The position numbers were made by a program, and so were the translations under genes. A stretch of DNA of 60,975 nucleotides from Patescibacteria group bacterium (GTDB lineage: Bacteria; Patescibacteriota; Minisyncoccia; Minisyncoccales; JAHCRE01). The notes under the pieces are model-generated. The model ran no database searches, was not told where the DNA came from, and was given only the letters and a program-made list of their open reading frames with translations. Location: contig JAHCRH010000002.1 of NCBI GenBank assembly GCA_020148025.1, forward strand, positions 1-60,975. Reading direction: 5' to 3'. Shown piece after piece: positions 48,233 through 58,016 of the stretch; position 1 is the stretch's first letter; each line of letters opens with the position of its first letter.

Positions 48233-48745
48233 TTAGATCATAATAAGGTTTAAGAGTTTCGATGGTTTGTCCACTTTTCCGACCTCTAATTCCCATTTAG
48301 GCATTTGGATGAGACGCCATCGTCTTAAACGCTCTCCAGATTCATTGTGGATATAGCTCCCAACTTCTTTGTAACCTGCTCTTCTGGCAATAATGAACGC
48401 GGCTTTTATAAGATACTGCCAGATTTTATATCCGCTTTCATTCTCTAACCAAGGAGTTTGGTCTAAAACCACTTCTTTGCCTCGGAATTTTGGTTCAACA
48501 TAGAGATCACCTATGAGTGGTGGTTGACTACGCAGATCTAATCTGACAAATCCTACAGGTTCACCTTTGCAATATACCAATATGTTCACTCTTAACCCAA
48601 GTCTCAATTGTTCTTCTCCGATTGCTAAATCTCCACGATCAGCTTCGACGGATTCTCTGAACTTTTGATCGAGTATCTTGTATTCTGAGAGATACTTTTT
48701 TCCTAAATTACGATGTAGGATTTTGAGTGAGATCTTAAACATCAT
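48233..48745 (-). CDS. GNAT-like protein (start likely ATG 48745)
   Basis: PVGFVRL..IGDLYVEPKFRGK motif A. Confidence 0.65.
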   Translation of the reverse strand: MMFKISLKILHRNLGKKYLSEYKILDQKFRESVEADRGDLAIGEEQLRLGLRVNILVYCKGEPVGFVRLDLRSQPPLIGDLYVEPKFRGKEVVLDQTPWLENESGYKIWQYLIKAAFIIARRAGYKEVGSYIHNESGERLRRWRLIQMPKWELEVGKVDKPSKLLNLIMI

Positions 48746-48950
48746 CTTCGCCTCGGCAGGCAAGAAACCAATTTTGATTCCCTCTCTGCCGAGGTGAACT
48801 CCTTCCCCATAAATTATGTTAAAGAACTTTATCTTAAGGAGCTAAGCTCCTTTTTCCAGCTCACAACATGTTTCCTCATTCCCAGCGAGAAGTGTTCTCG
48901 CTGGTCTGAACATTGCGGGCTCGAAAAAAGAGGGGAGAAGGAAAAGCTTT

Positions 48951-49160
48951 TTAATTATGTCTCACACGGTTAATAACGAGGTAGGCACTAGGAAATACAA
49001 TGAGATAGCAAAAGATACCGATGATAGGACAAGCGATTCCTGGCCACCTAAAGCCCGGCTCTGGAAAAACGAAAATTCCAAGGCAAACCGTTACCAATAC
49101 CGCTACTGTCATTGCGACTCCAAAGCTTATTCCCAGATTTATATCTGTCTTCTCCTTCAT
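48951..49160 (-). CDS. Small two-TM membrane protein
   Basis: Two hydrophobic segments; shares leader/trailer with the 48233 gene. Confidence 0.65.
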   Translation of the reverse strand: MKEKTDINLGISFGVAMTVAVLVTVCLGIFVFPEPGFRWPGIACPIIGIFCYLIVFPSAYLVINRVRHN

Positions 49161-49458
49161 TTTTTATTTCCTTCTATTCACTTTTGATTTCGGATAGCCC
49201 AATTTATCTACCAGTGAAAAACTGATAAGCAAGTTGGGCTATCCGAATTTCTTCTCCCTCCCCATAAATTTTTTAAAAGAACTATTCTTATCTTACACCT
49301 CTATTATACACCCAAAGAAAAAATTTGTCAAGCGAAATATCTCATAAATGTCGCACAGAAGGTAGGGTGCATTCAATTAAAAAAAGGCTTAAAAAGCCCT
49401 GCTCTCTCCCACCATTCGTATAAAATTTACACAAAATTCGAATTCTAGTTCGTATAAT

Positions 49459-49869
49459 TCATTTTTTGATTAGCTTTTTTAATCTTTCCCAAAATTTTTC
49501 CCAAAGATTTTTTTCTTCTTTTGGAGTTTCCTCTTCAACTTTGAATTCTTCTTCAATTTCAGTAATTAATTTTTTTTCTCCAATTTCTCTTCTGAAAAAA
49601 TCAGAAATTTTTTGCCAGATATTTTGAAAGAAAGGAAAAATATAAGAATCCCAGAGATTTTTGAACCATTTCCATATTCCTTGCCAAATTTTTAAAACTT
49701 CCTGCCAAGCTCCCTTTAGGGCCATAGGGAAAAATTCCAAAATTTTTTTACCAATTTCTTTTAATTCAGCTGAACTTTCAGGTGCTTTTACTGGTTGATC
49801 TTCTTGGGCAAAAGAAAAACTCGGTAAAATTAAGCCAAATATTAACAAAATTATGACTAATTTGTTCAT
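49459..49869 (-). CDS. Secreted/membrane hypothetical protein
   Basis: Signal peptide, Trp-rich amphipathic helix; in operon after gltX. Confidence 0.75.
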   Translation of the reverse strand: MNKLVIILLIFGLILPSFSFAQEDQPVKAPESSAELKEIGKKILEFFPMALKGAWQEVLKIWQGIWKWFKNLWDSYIFPFFQNIWQKISDFFRREIGEKKLITEIEEEFKVEEETPKEEKNLWEKFWERLKKLIKK

Positions 49870-49872
49870 AGT

Positions 49873-51471
49873 TCATAGTTTATTCCTCGCCTTTTTAATT
49901 CTTTTTAAGACCTTTTCTTTTCCCAAAATTTCGGCGATTTCAAAAGGACCAGCTGAAGCTTTTTTTCCAGTCAAAGCTACTCTCAAGGGCCATAAAATGT
50001 ATCCCCTATCCCCTGCCTCGCCGGCAGGCGGGCCTGCTGGTTTTTTTATTTCTTTAGCAAACTTTTCCGCTTCTGGTAATAAAATTCTTTCTAAGTTTTC
50101 CTTATTAAATTCTTCGCCCCTTATTTTATATAATATTTTTCTTGATTTGTCAAGCGAATGCTTAATTTCTTTATCAGTCATCTCCCGCCACCTTAAAAGC
50201 TCTTTGTCATATTCTAATTTTTCTTTGAAGAAAAAATCAGTTAATTCAGAAATTTCAGATAATTTTTTTAATCTCTCTTGATAAATTGAAATAATTTTTT
50301 TTAGAGTTTCAAGAGAAATTTCTTTTCCGGTTTCTCTAATTTTAAACTGGGCTTTTTCTTTCAAAGGCAGTTTTAAAGGTTCGGGATTATTTTTTCCTTC
50401 AATTAAACCTGATTCAATTAGATAAGGGAGGCAGAGCTCAGTTAATCTGTCAATCGATTTTTGACGGATATAAAATCCATTTAAAAAATCTAATCTTTTA
50501 ATATTAAAAACTGCTCCTCCTTTTTGGCATCTCTCAATTGAAAATTCTTTAACTAAAGAAGCCAAGGAATAAATTTCTCTTTCAGTTCCCGGATTCCATC
50601 CTAAAAAGACCATAAAATTAATCAAAGTCTCAGGCAAATATCCAGATTTTTGATATTGATTAATCGAGATTGCTCCGTGCCTTTTACTTAATTTGCTTCT
50701 ATCCGGCCCTAGAATTAAGGGTAAATGGGCATATTTTGGTCGAGGAAAATTGAGGGCTTTCTGAATTAAAATCTGTTTTGGGGTGTTGGAAATGTGTTCC
50801 TCTCCTCTGATTACATGAGACACCCGCATCTCAAAATCATCGACCACGCAGGCAAAATTATACAAAGGAGTAGATAAATCTTTGGCAATGACAATATCGC
50901 CAATTAAACTGGCATCAAATTCTATTTTCCCTCGAATTAAATCATCAAACTCAACTTTTCTTGCTGGAATTCTAAATCTAATAACTGGTTTTTTTCCTTC
51001 CGCTTTATATTTTTTTACCTCTTCTTTTGAAAGCTGGGCGCATTTTCCAGAATAACGGGGAGGTTCGCCAATTGACATTTGATATTGTCTCTGGGCTTCT
51101 AATTCTTCTTCTGAACAAAAGCAATAATAGGCCCTATCTTCGCTTAAGAGTTTCTCTAAATATCTCTGATAAATTTCTTCTCTCCGGCTTTGACGATAAG
51201 GTCCGTATTGTCCGCCAATATCTGGCCCTTCATCCCATTCAATTCCCAGCCATTTTAAGCTTTCCACAATATCTTTTTCGTATTCAGGTTTAGACCTTTC
51301 AACATCAGTATCTTCAATCCTTAAAATAAAAGTGCCTTGATATTTTTTAGCAAAAAGATGATTGAAAAGAGCGGTTCGGGCAACTCCAATGTGAAAAAAA
51401 CCTGTAGGAGAGGGAGCGATTCTAGTTCGAATCTCTCCTGGTTTGATAAATTTAAAATTTTGATCCTCCAT
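49873..51471 (-). CDS. gltX: Glutamate--tRNA ligase
   Basis: RIAPSPTGFFHIG, RIEDTD, KLSKR. Confidence 0.97.
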   Translation of the reverse strand: MEDQNFKFIKPGEIRTRIAPSPTGFFHIGVARTALFNHLFAKKYQGTFILRIEDTDVERSKPEYEKDIVESLKWLGIEWDEGPDIGGQYGPYRQSRREEIYQRYLEKLLSEDRAYYCFCSEEELEAQRQYQMSIGEPPRYSGKCAQLSKEEVKKYKAEGKKPVIRFRIPARKVEFDDLIRGKIEFDASLIGDIVIAKDLSTPLYNFACVVDDFEMRVSHVIRGEEHISNTPKQILIQKALNFPRPKYAHLPLILGPDRSKLSKRHGAISINQYQKSGYLPETLINFMVFLGWNPGTEREIYSLASLVKEFSIERCQKGGAVFNIKRLDFLNGFYIRQKSIDRLTELCLPYLIESGLIEGKNNPEPLKLPLKEKAQFKIRETGKEISLETLKKIISIYQERLKKLSEISELTDFFFKEKLEYDKELLRWREMTDKEIKHSLDKSRKILYKIRGEEFNKENLERILLPEAEKFAKEIKKPAGPPAGEAGDRGYILWPLRVALTGKKASAGPFEIAEILGKEKVLKRIKKARNKL

Positions 51472-51477
51472 AAATTT

Positions 51478-52602
51478 TTACATTTTTAAATATTCGACGA
51501 TATATTCGGCAATTATTTTAGCTGCTCGAGGTTTAGAAAATTCCTTAGCTAGCTTCCCCATTTTCTCTAATTGACTGGGGTGAGAAAATAAATACTTTAT
51601 TCTTTCTAAGAAAAAATGAGGGGTGAAATTTATCTCTTCAATTATAAGAGAGGCCTCATTTTGGGCGAAGGAGTAGGCGTTTTTCACTTGATGGTTTTGG
51701 GCCGCTTCTGGTAAAGGAATTAAAATACTTGGCTTTCCTAGGGCTGAAATTTCAAAAATCGTTCCTGATCCTGCCCGACCGACAATTAGATCACAAGCCT
51801 GGTAGGCCTGCTTGAGCTCTTCTTCTTTTAAAAAGGGAAAAAGATGATAATATTTTTTAAAACCCTCAGGCACTATAACCTCTATTTCTTTTTTAACTGC
51901 TTTGAAGTTTTTTGTTCCCGCTTGATGAATTAGCTCAAAATCTTTGAGAATTTCTGGTAAGATTACTGAGATTACATCATTAATTCTTTGAGCTCCCTGA
52001 GAGCCACCTAAGATTAAAATTAGCGGTTTCTTTCCATTCAATTTAAATAATTCCCTAGCTTCTTTTTTCGAACCTTCCAAGACTTCTCTTCTTATTGGGT
52101 TGCCAACCAGAATCATTTTTTTCGGGGAAAAATATTCAGTCCGGGGAAAGGAGACAAAGATTTCTAAAGCAAATCTGCTTAAAAATCGATTAGATAAGCC
52201 CGGGGCAATATCTGATTCATGTAAAAAGATTGGAACTCCCAGAAACCAACCAGAAATTACAGTTGGGATTGAGCCATATCCTCCTTTGCTAAATATTAAA
52301 TCGGGAGCGGAAAAGAAAATAAACAAAAAGGCCTGAATGATCCCCAACGGGATTTTAAATAAAATATCGATGAGATTTAGAAAGAAGCTCCCTACTCCTA
52401 AATATCTTCTGATTTTCCCAGCTAATATTATCTTGACCTTAATCCCTTCTTGGGAGAGCAAATCTGAACTAAGCTCGTCCTTCGGGCCCAGATAAAGAAA
52501 TTTGAGATTTTTTTCAGGATAAATTCTTCTTATCTCTCTACAAACTGCAATTATTGGAAAAATGTGACCACCGGTACCGCCACCGGTAAAGAGAATCTTC
52601 AT
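51478..52602 (-). CDS. murG: MurG glycosyltransferase
   Basis: GGGTGGHIFP, GGSQGA, RAGSGT, HQVKNA. Confidence 0.96.
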   Translation of the reverse strand: MKILFTGGGTGGHIFPIIAVCREIRRIYPEKNLKFLYLGPKDELSSDLLSQEGIKVKIILAGKIRRYLGVGSFFLNLIDILFKIPLGIIQAFLFIFFSAPDLIFSKGGYGSIPTVISGWFLGVPIFLHESDIAPGLSNRFLSRFALEIFVSFPRTEYFSPKKMILVGNPIRREVLEGSKKEARELFKLNGKKPLILILGGSQGAQRINDVISVILPEILKDFELIHQAGTKNFKAVKKEIEVIVPEGFKKYYHLFPFLKEEELKQAYQACDLIVGRAGSGTIFEISALGKPSILIPLPEAAQNHQVKNAYSFAQNEASLIIEEINFTPHFFLERIKYLFSHPSQLEKMGKLAKEFSKPRAAKIIAEYIVEYLKM

Positions 52603-52666
52603 GTTAACATTTTAACATACAAACATTTAAACATTTTGAATATTTTTTGTTTAGACATTTAGGTAC

Positions 52667-53794
52667 TTAGATTGTTGTTTTCGAAATATTGAGTAGTATT
52701 CCTACTCCAATGAGTTCGACGATTAGATGGGATGCTCCATAACTGATAAAGGGTAAAGGAATGCCGGTTAGGGGCAGTAGACCTATCATTGATCCGATAT
52801 GCAAAAAGGCTTGTAAGGCTATCCAGGAGCTAATTCCCAAAGCTACCAATTTAGAAAATTTATTCGGGGATTTTTTTGAAATTTCAAACCCTCGCCAGAA
52901 AAAAATTAAGAAAAGCGAAATCAAAATTAAAGAACCAATAAACCCGGTTTCCTCAGCAAAGATAGCAAAAATTGAATCAGCTATTGGGTGAGGCAAAAAG
53001 CCAAATTTTTGAAGTGACATTCCCAAACCCAAACCTGAAATTCCTCCCGATCCCACGGTAATTAATGCCTGTTTTGACTGATAACCCATACCCATTGGAT
53101 CGATTCCAGGATTTAAAAAAACTAAAAGTCTTTCCATTCGGTAAGGAGCCAGCTCTACTAAAGCTATGAGCGAGCCTGAAATAATTAAAACTATTAAAAT
53201 AGTATACCAGAAAGGGGTTTTGGCTGAAAAATACATTAATATGGCAATAGAGATAATCAATCCCAGGGTACTGAGATCTGGTTGAAAAATTAAAAATAGG
53301 CTAATTAATCCAATGACTATTAAAAAAGCAATTAATTTTATTTTTTCGTTAATTCCTTTTTTTTGATTTTTACTTCTTTCTTTTAAAGAAGAAAAATCAC
53401 TTTTCGTTAACCAGCTAGCTAAATAGATTATAAAAGTAAGTTTTAGAAGTTCTGAGGGCTGAAAAGAAACAGGACCTAGAGATATCCATCTGGTTGCCCC
53501 GCCAATCGAAACTCCAAGATTTGGGATAAAAACCATTCCTAAGAATCCCAAGCTGATTAAAAACAAAATCAGAACTATTTTTTTTAGAAAGGCCAGGGGA
53601 ATTTTAAAAAAGAGAAAAGCTAAAATTGCGCCTGGTAAAAACCCAAAGAGAATTTGTCGCTTTAAATAATAGAAAGTTTGACCAAATCTTTCCTGAGAAA
53701 AAGAAGCCGAGACACTATATACTATTAAAACTCCTAAAATCACTAAAATCACCAAAACTCCAATTAAAATATAGTCAGGATGTTGAGTTTTCAT
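52667..53794 (-). CDS. ftsW: FtsW/SEDS protein
   Basis: [25 protein letters not shown]. Confidence 0.94.
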   Translation of the reverse strand: MKTQHPDYILIGVLVILVILGVLIVYSVSASFSQERFGQTFYYLKRQILFGFLPGAILAFLFFKIPLAFLKKIVLILFLISLGFLGMVFIPNLGVSIGGATRWISLGPVSFQPSELLKLTFIIYLASWLTKSDFSSLKERSKNQKKGINEKIKLIAFLIVIGLISLFLIFQPDLSTLGLIISIAILMYFSAKTPFWYTILIVLIISGSLIALVELAPYRMERLLVFLNPGIDPMGMGYQSKQALITVGSGGISGLGLGMSLQKFGFLPHPIADSIFAIFAEETGFIGSLILISLFLIFFWRGFEISKKSPNKFSKLVALGISSWIALQAFLHIGSMIGLLPLTGIPLPFISYGASHLIVELIGVGILLNISKTTI

Positions 53795-55176
53795 TTATTT
53801 TTCCCTAAAAGCTTTACTTCTCTTTTAAATAAATTCCCCCTTTCACGATAATTTTTAAAGAGATTAAAACTGGCTGCAGCAGGAGATAACAAACAGATTT
53901 TTCCTTTTTTTGTATTTTGATAGCAAAACTTTACCGCCTCTTTCATATTATCTACAAAAAAACACTTCAATTTATTTCCATAGGTCGGACCTCTGGCAGA
54001 TTTTTGGATTTGGCGCCAGATTCTTTTTCCTGTATCAGGAAATAAAATTACTGTCTTAATATTGCTATTTAAAATCTTTTTTGCTAATTTCTTGAAATTC
54101 CGCCCTCTATCAAATCCTCCAAGAATAATTGTTTGAAGATTTTTTTCAAGAGTATCAATCGCTGCAATTGTGGCTTCGGGAATTGTTGATAGAGAATCAT
54201 TATAAAATCTTATACCAGAGAACCTTCCAACAAATTCTAATCTATGAGGTAAGGGTTTAAATTTTTTAATAGCTTTTGCAATATCTTTTTCAGAAACTCC
54301 AAAAATTTTTCCTACCATAATCGCTGCCATTACATTTTGAAGATTGAATTTCCCAATCAAAGGAATCTTCTTAATTTTTTTCGTAATTCGTTTAAATTCG
54401 TAATTCGTAGGGCTAATAGGGATTTTTCTGGCTTTTGATTTTTCAGCGATTTTTCTGACAATTTTATCTCGAGAGTTAAAAATCAAATAATCTTTTTTTG
54501 TCTGATAACGAGTGATATTCGCTTTGGCTCTTACATATTCTCTAAAGTTCTTGTAATAGTCTAAATGCTCAGGAAAAACATTCAAAAAAACAGCAATTTG
54601 AGGACTTTTTTTGAGATTGAATAGTTGATGGGAAGATAATTCGTAAACGTAAGCATCTTTTTTGGTAGCAGAAAATAAGAGTGATAATACCGGTCTTCCA
54701 ATATTTCCAACCAGATGAGCTTGGATTCCAGCTTCTTTTAATATTTTATAGATCAAAGAGGCGGTTGTGCTTTTCCCTTTCGTTCCCGTAACACCTATAA
54801 TTTTTCCCGGGCAATTTTCAAGAAAAATTTCAGTTTGAGAAGTAATTTTTTGCCCTTTTTTCAAGAACGGCTTTAAAATTTTCGGTGAAACTCCAGGTGA
54901 CTTTATTATAACATCATAATTTTTAAGCGACTTTAGATAATTCTCACCCAAATGCAGCTTCACCTTTTTATCTGACTTAATCACTGTCTTCGCTTGATTA
55001 CTTAATTCACTTAATTTCAGCCTATCCCCCACCCCCAAAATTTTCTTTGGAAAAAGCTTTCTCAGAAATTTAAAATTATCTACCCCCTCTCTTCCAAAAC
55101 CCAAAATTAATATTCTTTTATTTTTTAGTTTATCTCTTATTTTAAAATCTCGCATTCTACTTTTAAAATAACACAA
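53791..55176 (-). CDS. murD: MurD-family ligase (probably MurD2 given adjacent murL)
   Basis: [34 protein letters not shown]. Confidence 0.92.
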   Translation of the reverse strand: MCYFKSRMRDFKIRDKLKNKRILILGFGREGVDNFKFLRKLFPKKILGVGDRLKLSELSNQAKTVIKSDKKVKLHLGENYLKSLKNYDVIIKSPGVSPKILKPFLKKGQKITSQTEIFLENCPGKIIGVTGTKGKSTTASLIYKILKEAGIQAHLVGNIGRPVLSLLFSATKKDAYVYELSSHQLFNLKKSPQIAVFLNVFPEHLDYYKNFREYVRAKANITRYQTKKDYLIFNSRDKIVRKIAEKSKARKIPISPTNYEFKRITKKIKKIPLIGKFNLQNVMAAIMVGKIFGVSEKDIAKAIKKFKPLPHRLEFVGRFSGIRFYNDSLSTIPEATIAAIDTLEKNLQTIILGGFDRGRNFKKLAKKILNSNIKTVILFPDTGKRIWRQIQKSARGPTYGNKLKCFFVDNMKEAVKFCYQNTKKGKICLLSPAAASFNLFKNYRERGNLFKREVKLLGKNK

Positions 55177-55283
55177 ATTTTCGATAAAAGATAGATTTTC
55201 AGAACAAAAAAGTCTCTAGCAGGATTTCCTTTTTAAAAACAGGATCCCTACTAGAGACCGATGTGTAGAGAAGGAGGTATGTT

Positions 55284-55442
55284 CTAGTTTCCGTAGTCCC
55301 TATTAATGGCTTGTCGAGTGATTTTTCTTCGACCCCTTGGTTTCCTAACTGAAACTGGAATAATTTCTCCTCCTTTGACTACATTGCGTCTGAACAATTT
55401 CAGTATCTTTCTATCCAGTACGGCTACACCTTCTCTTGGCAT
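55284..55442 (-). CDS. 52-aa basic small protein (not in ORF track)
   Basis: MPREGVAVLDRKILKLFRRNVVKGGEIIPVSVRKPRGRRKITRQAINRDYGN; GGAGGTGA SD, TTGACA/TATAAT promoter, downstream hairpin. Confidence 0.65.
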   Translation of the reverse strand: MPREGVAVLDRKILKLFRRNVVKGGEIIPVSVRKPRGRRKITRQAINRDYGN

Positions 55443-55501
55443 TGTTTCACCTCCGCTACCATTGTTTTACAATATGAATTATAGCAAATTATCAGAATTT
55501 G

Positions 55502-56917
55502 TCAAGAGCTAACGGACTTTTTAAGTATTTTTTCAAATTCTTTCGTTAAATTATGCTGATTGTTCCAGGAATTTATTATTTTTTTTGATTCTTTTTCTAG
55601 ATTTTTAAATTTTGGCAAAATATTTTTTTCAAAATACTTCAAAAGAAACGGCAGCCTGACAGAGGCCCGTCCTCTGTATTTTCTCGAGCTTAAATAAAAG
55701 GCAATCAGGCTTTCTTTTTTTGTTCCAACGCATTCAAATGGTTTGAATTTCTTTTCGCCAATCAATTCTAACATCGTTGGTAAAAAAGAAATTCTTTCAA
55801 AGATATTTTCCCCGAATATTTTTACCAATCGATATCCCCCCAAAAATGGATAAAGGGTAGCGAAAACAAATAGACATTTTGGGCATTTTTTACACCATCT
55901 TTCTATCGGCTCCTTTTTCCCAGAATAAGTTTTAAAGGCCTCATTGCAACTTATGAAAGAAGAAAAATATTTAGGATATTTTGTGAACAATTTTGCAATT
56001 TGAATTTCATAAACCGGTCTTAAAAAACTGGAATATTCAATATTTTTTGCCAGATATTTTTTTGAATACCTTCGAAACTTTTTCTCAAAGTCAAAACTTT
56101 TAGAATACTGATGATTAATTACTTTTCCTAGATATTTCAAATTTCCTTCATTTGAACTTCTTTCATTTGAAAAAGCAATATATTTAAAGTCAAACAAAAC
56201 CGCACATAAAACACTCAAAAAAGCCAAATAAGCAGAAAAAGGAGTGTGACCATTTAAAAATCCTTTTTGATTTAATTCTAAGAGTTTTTTATCGATTTTC
56301 CTTTTAACAATAATTGGCTTCTTGCAACCTGCAATTTTCATTATTTTTTTTGAAGCCTTTGTTGGACTTAAAGAAAAACAAGTAATATTTCTTTTTGTCT
56401 TCTTTAATATCTCTAAAGTAACAATTGAATCTTTTCCTCCTCCCACTGGCACCAATATTCTGTTTTTCAATTCCTCCCTTATTACGAGAACTGTTCTCGT
56501 AGTATTATCTTTTCGGTCTGAGATTATTTTTAAAAAATTTGGTTTCAAAAAATCGATTTTATTTTCATAAAAAAATTGGCCCATTCCCTTGATTATTAAA
56601 TTTTTCCACCATCTAATTTGTTCTTTATTTAAAAAGCCAGCTAAAATTTCAATTTCTGGCGAGCAAGTCGCCTTCCAATAACTTAAAATTTCAACTAAAC
56701 CCAGATGAAAAACCAAATTATCTAATATCCCCTCCCCCATTCTTTTAATTTGATTTTTGTCAATATTTTTTATAACTACTTCTGGTCGAAACTTGATATC
56801 GGATCCAGTCCTAAAATCAAAAGAAATTTTTAAATCTTTTCCCGAAATTTTCCAAGAATAATTTTCATAAATAAATCTTGGATATTTTTTTCTTAAGATA
56901 AGATATTTTTTGGGCAT
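55502..56917 (-). CDS. murL: UDP-MurNAc-L-Ala-L-Glu epimerase
   Basis: GGGKDS, NGHTPFSA, SNERSS, NHQYSKS, CKKCPKCLF; located between mraY and murD. Confidence 0.85.
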   Translation of the reverse strand: MPKKYLILRKKYPRFIYENYSWKISGKDLKISFDFRTGSDIKFRPEVVIKNIDKNQIKRMGEGILDNLVFHLGLVEILSYWKATCSPEIEILAGFLNKEQIRWWKNLIIKGMGQFFYENKIDFLKPNFLKIISDRKDNTTRTVLVIREELKNRILVPVGGGKDSIVTLEILKKTKRNITCFSLSPTKASKKIMKIAGCKKPIIVKRKIDKKLLELNQKGFLNGHTPFSAYLAFLSVLCAVLFDFKYIAFSNERSSNEGNLKYLGKVINHQYSKSFDFEKKFRRYSKKYLAKNIEYSSFLRPVYEIQIAKLFTKYPKYFSSFISCNEAFKTYSGKKEPIERWCKKCPKCLFVFATLYPFLGGYRLVKIFGENIFERISFLPTMLELIGEKKFKPFECVGTKKESLIAFYLSSRKYRGRASVRLPFLLKYFEKNILPKFKNLEKESKKIINSWNNQHNLTKEFEKILKKSVSS

Positions 56918-56942
56918 TAAAATATATAAATTTTGTCAAGAA

Positions 56943-58004
56943 TTAACCAAGGAGTCTTATAGCGACTCCTATAATCGCCATGAGAATACCAATTACCCAA
57001 AATCGCATTGTCACTTTGTAATGGGGCCAGTTCTTTGCTTCAAAATGGTGATGAATTGGAGCGGCTAAAAATATTTTTTTCTTTCCGAATTTTTTTGAAA
57101 GAAGTTGCAAAATTACTGAGCCTGATTCAATAACTAATAAAAAGCCAATGATTGGTAAAACCAAGACCGAATCAGTCAAAAAAGCAACAACAGTGAGGAC
57201 GGCACAAAGACCTAAAATTCCGGTTTCTCCCATATAAAATCTGGCCGGTGGAATATTAAACCACAAAAATGCTAAGGTTGCTCCCAAAATTACGGTGCAA
57301 AAGGCAGCAATATCTATTTGACCTCGAGATAAAGCAATTGTCGCATAAGCACCGAAAATTGAAGCAAAAATTCCTCCTGCCAACCCATCCAAACCATCAA
57401 TTACTCCACCTGAATAAGTTGCCATCATCACTAAAACAAAAAAAGGAATATACCAGATTCCAATTGTAAAATCTCCTACTCCCGGAACATGCAAAGTTCT
57501 CCAGCCAAGTTTGGAATAAAACCAAAAACCCCCAATTAGCCCAATCAAACAAACTAAAATAAGGCGAGTTTTAAGACTTAATCCTCCACCAATATATTTT
57601 CCTCTGCCAAAAATCTGGAAAAGGTCATCAACCAATCCCAATAAAGAGGCGGCAACCAAAGCAAAAAGGGGCAGCCAGGTCTGTGATCTGCTTAAAAAAT
57701 TTAATTTGTCTAACCACCAGATATCACTAATTTTTGAAATGCCCCAAAATAAAAAAATTAAAATTAAAGCAGTTACCCAGATGAGTAAACCTCCAAATCT
57801 GGGAATGCGAATTTCCTCTTTTCCGTGAAATTTTTGAAAAAAAGAGACCTCTCCCCCATCTATTGCTTTGCCCCTTACTTCTTTTCGCCAGAGTTTATAT
57901 TTGTATAAAAAATGAGTTAAAATTGGGGTTAACAAAAAGGCTACAATAAACCCAAAGGCTCCCAGGGCAAAAATTTTAATAACGTCTATGGGTAATTCCG
58001 GCAT
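56943..58004 (-). CDS. mraY: Phospho-MurNAc-pentapeptide translocase
   Basis: GLVDD, DGLDGL, FYMGETG, APIHHHFE. Confidence 0.95.
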   Translation of the reverse strand: MPELPIDVIKIFALGAFGFIVAFLLTPILTHFLYKYKLWRKEVRGKAIDGGEVSFFQKFHGKEEIRIPRFGGLLIWVTALILIFLFWGISKISDIWWLDKLNFLSRSQTWLPLFALVAASLLGLVDDLFQIFGRGKYIGGGLSLKTRLILVCLIGLIGGFWFYSKLGWRTLHVPGVGDFTIGIWYIPFFVLVMMATYSGGVIDGLDGLAGGIFASIFGAYATIALSRGQIDIAAFCTVILGATLAFLWFNIPPARFYMGETGILGLCAVLTVVAFLTDSVLVLPIIGFLLVIESGSVILQLLSKKFGKKKIFLAAPIHHHFEAKNWPHYKVTMRFWVIGILMAIIGVAIRLLG

Positions 58005-58016
58005 ACCGCTATCTAG

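Larger units (their letters stand above)
6073..49358. mobile_element. Accessory island / putative Xer-dif cassette array at the gene-orientation switch
   Basis: Bounded by dif-like arms (6090-6100 and 49348-49358); contains one tyrosine recombinase, ~14 dif-like sites, standardised intergenic repeats and mainly accessory/defence genes. Confidence 0.7.

Noticed and set aside
6073..49358. Prophage, ICE or DGR
   Set aside because: No structural, terminase, conjugation, replication, transposase or reverse transcriptase genes seen.
52603..52662. AACATTT-type short repeats between ftsW and murG (similar ATTCG repeats at ~49415-49455)
   Set aside because: Low-complexity, irregular units with no spacer structure; not supportable as a functional array.
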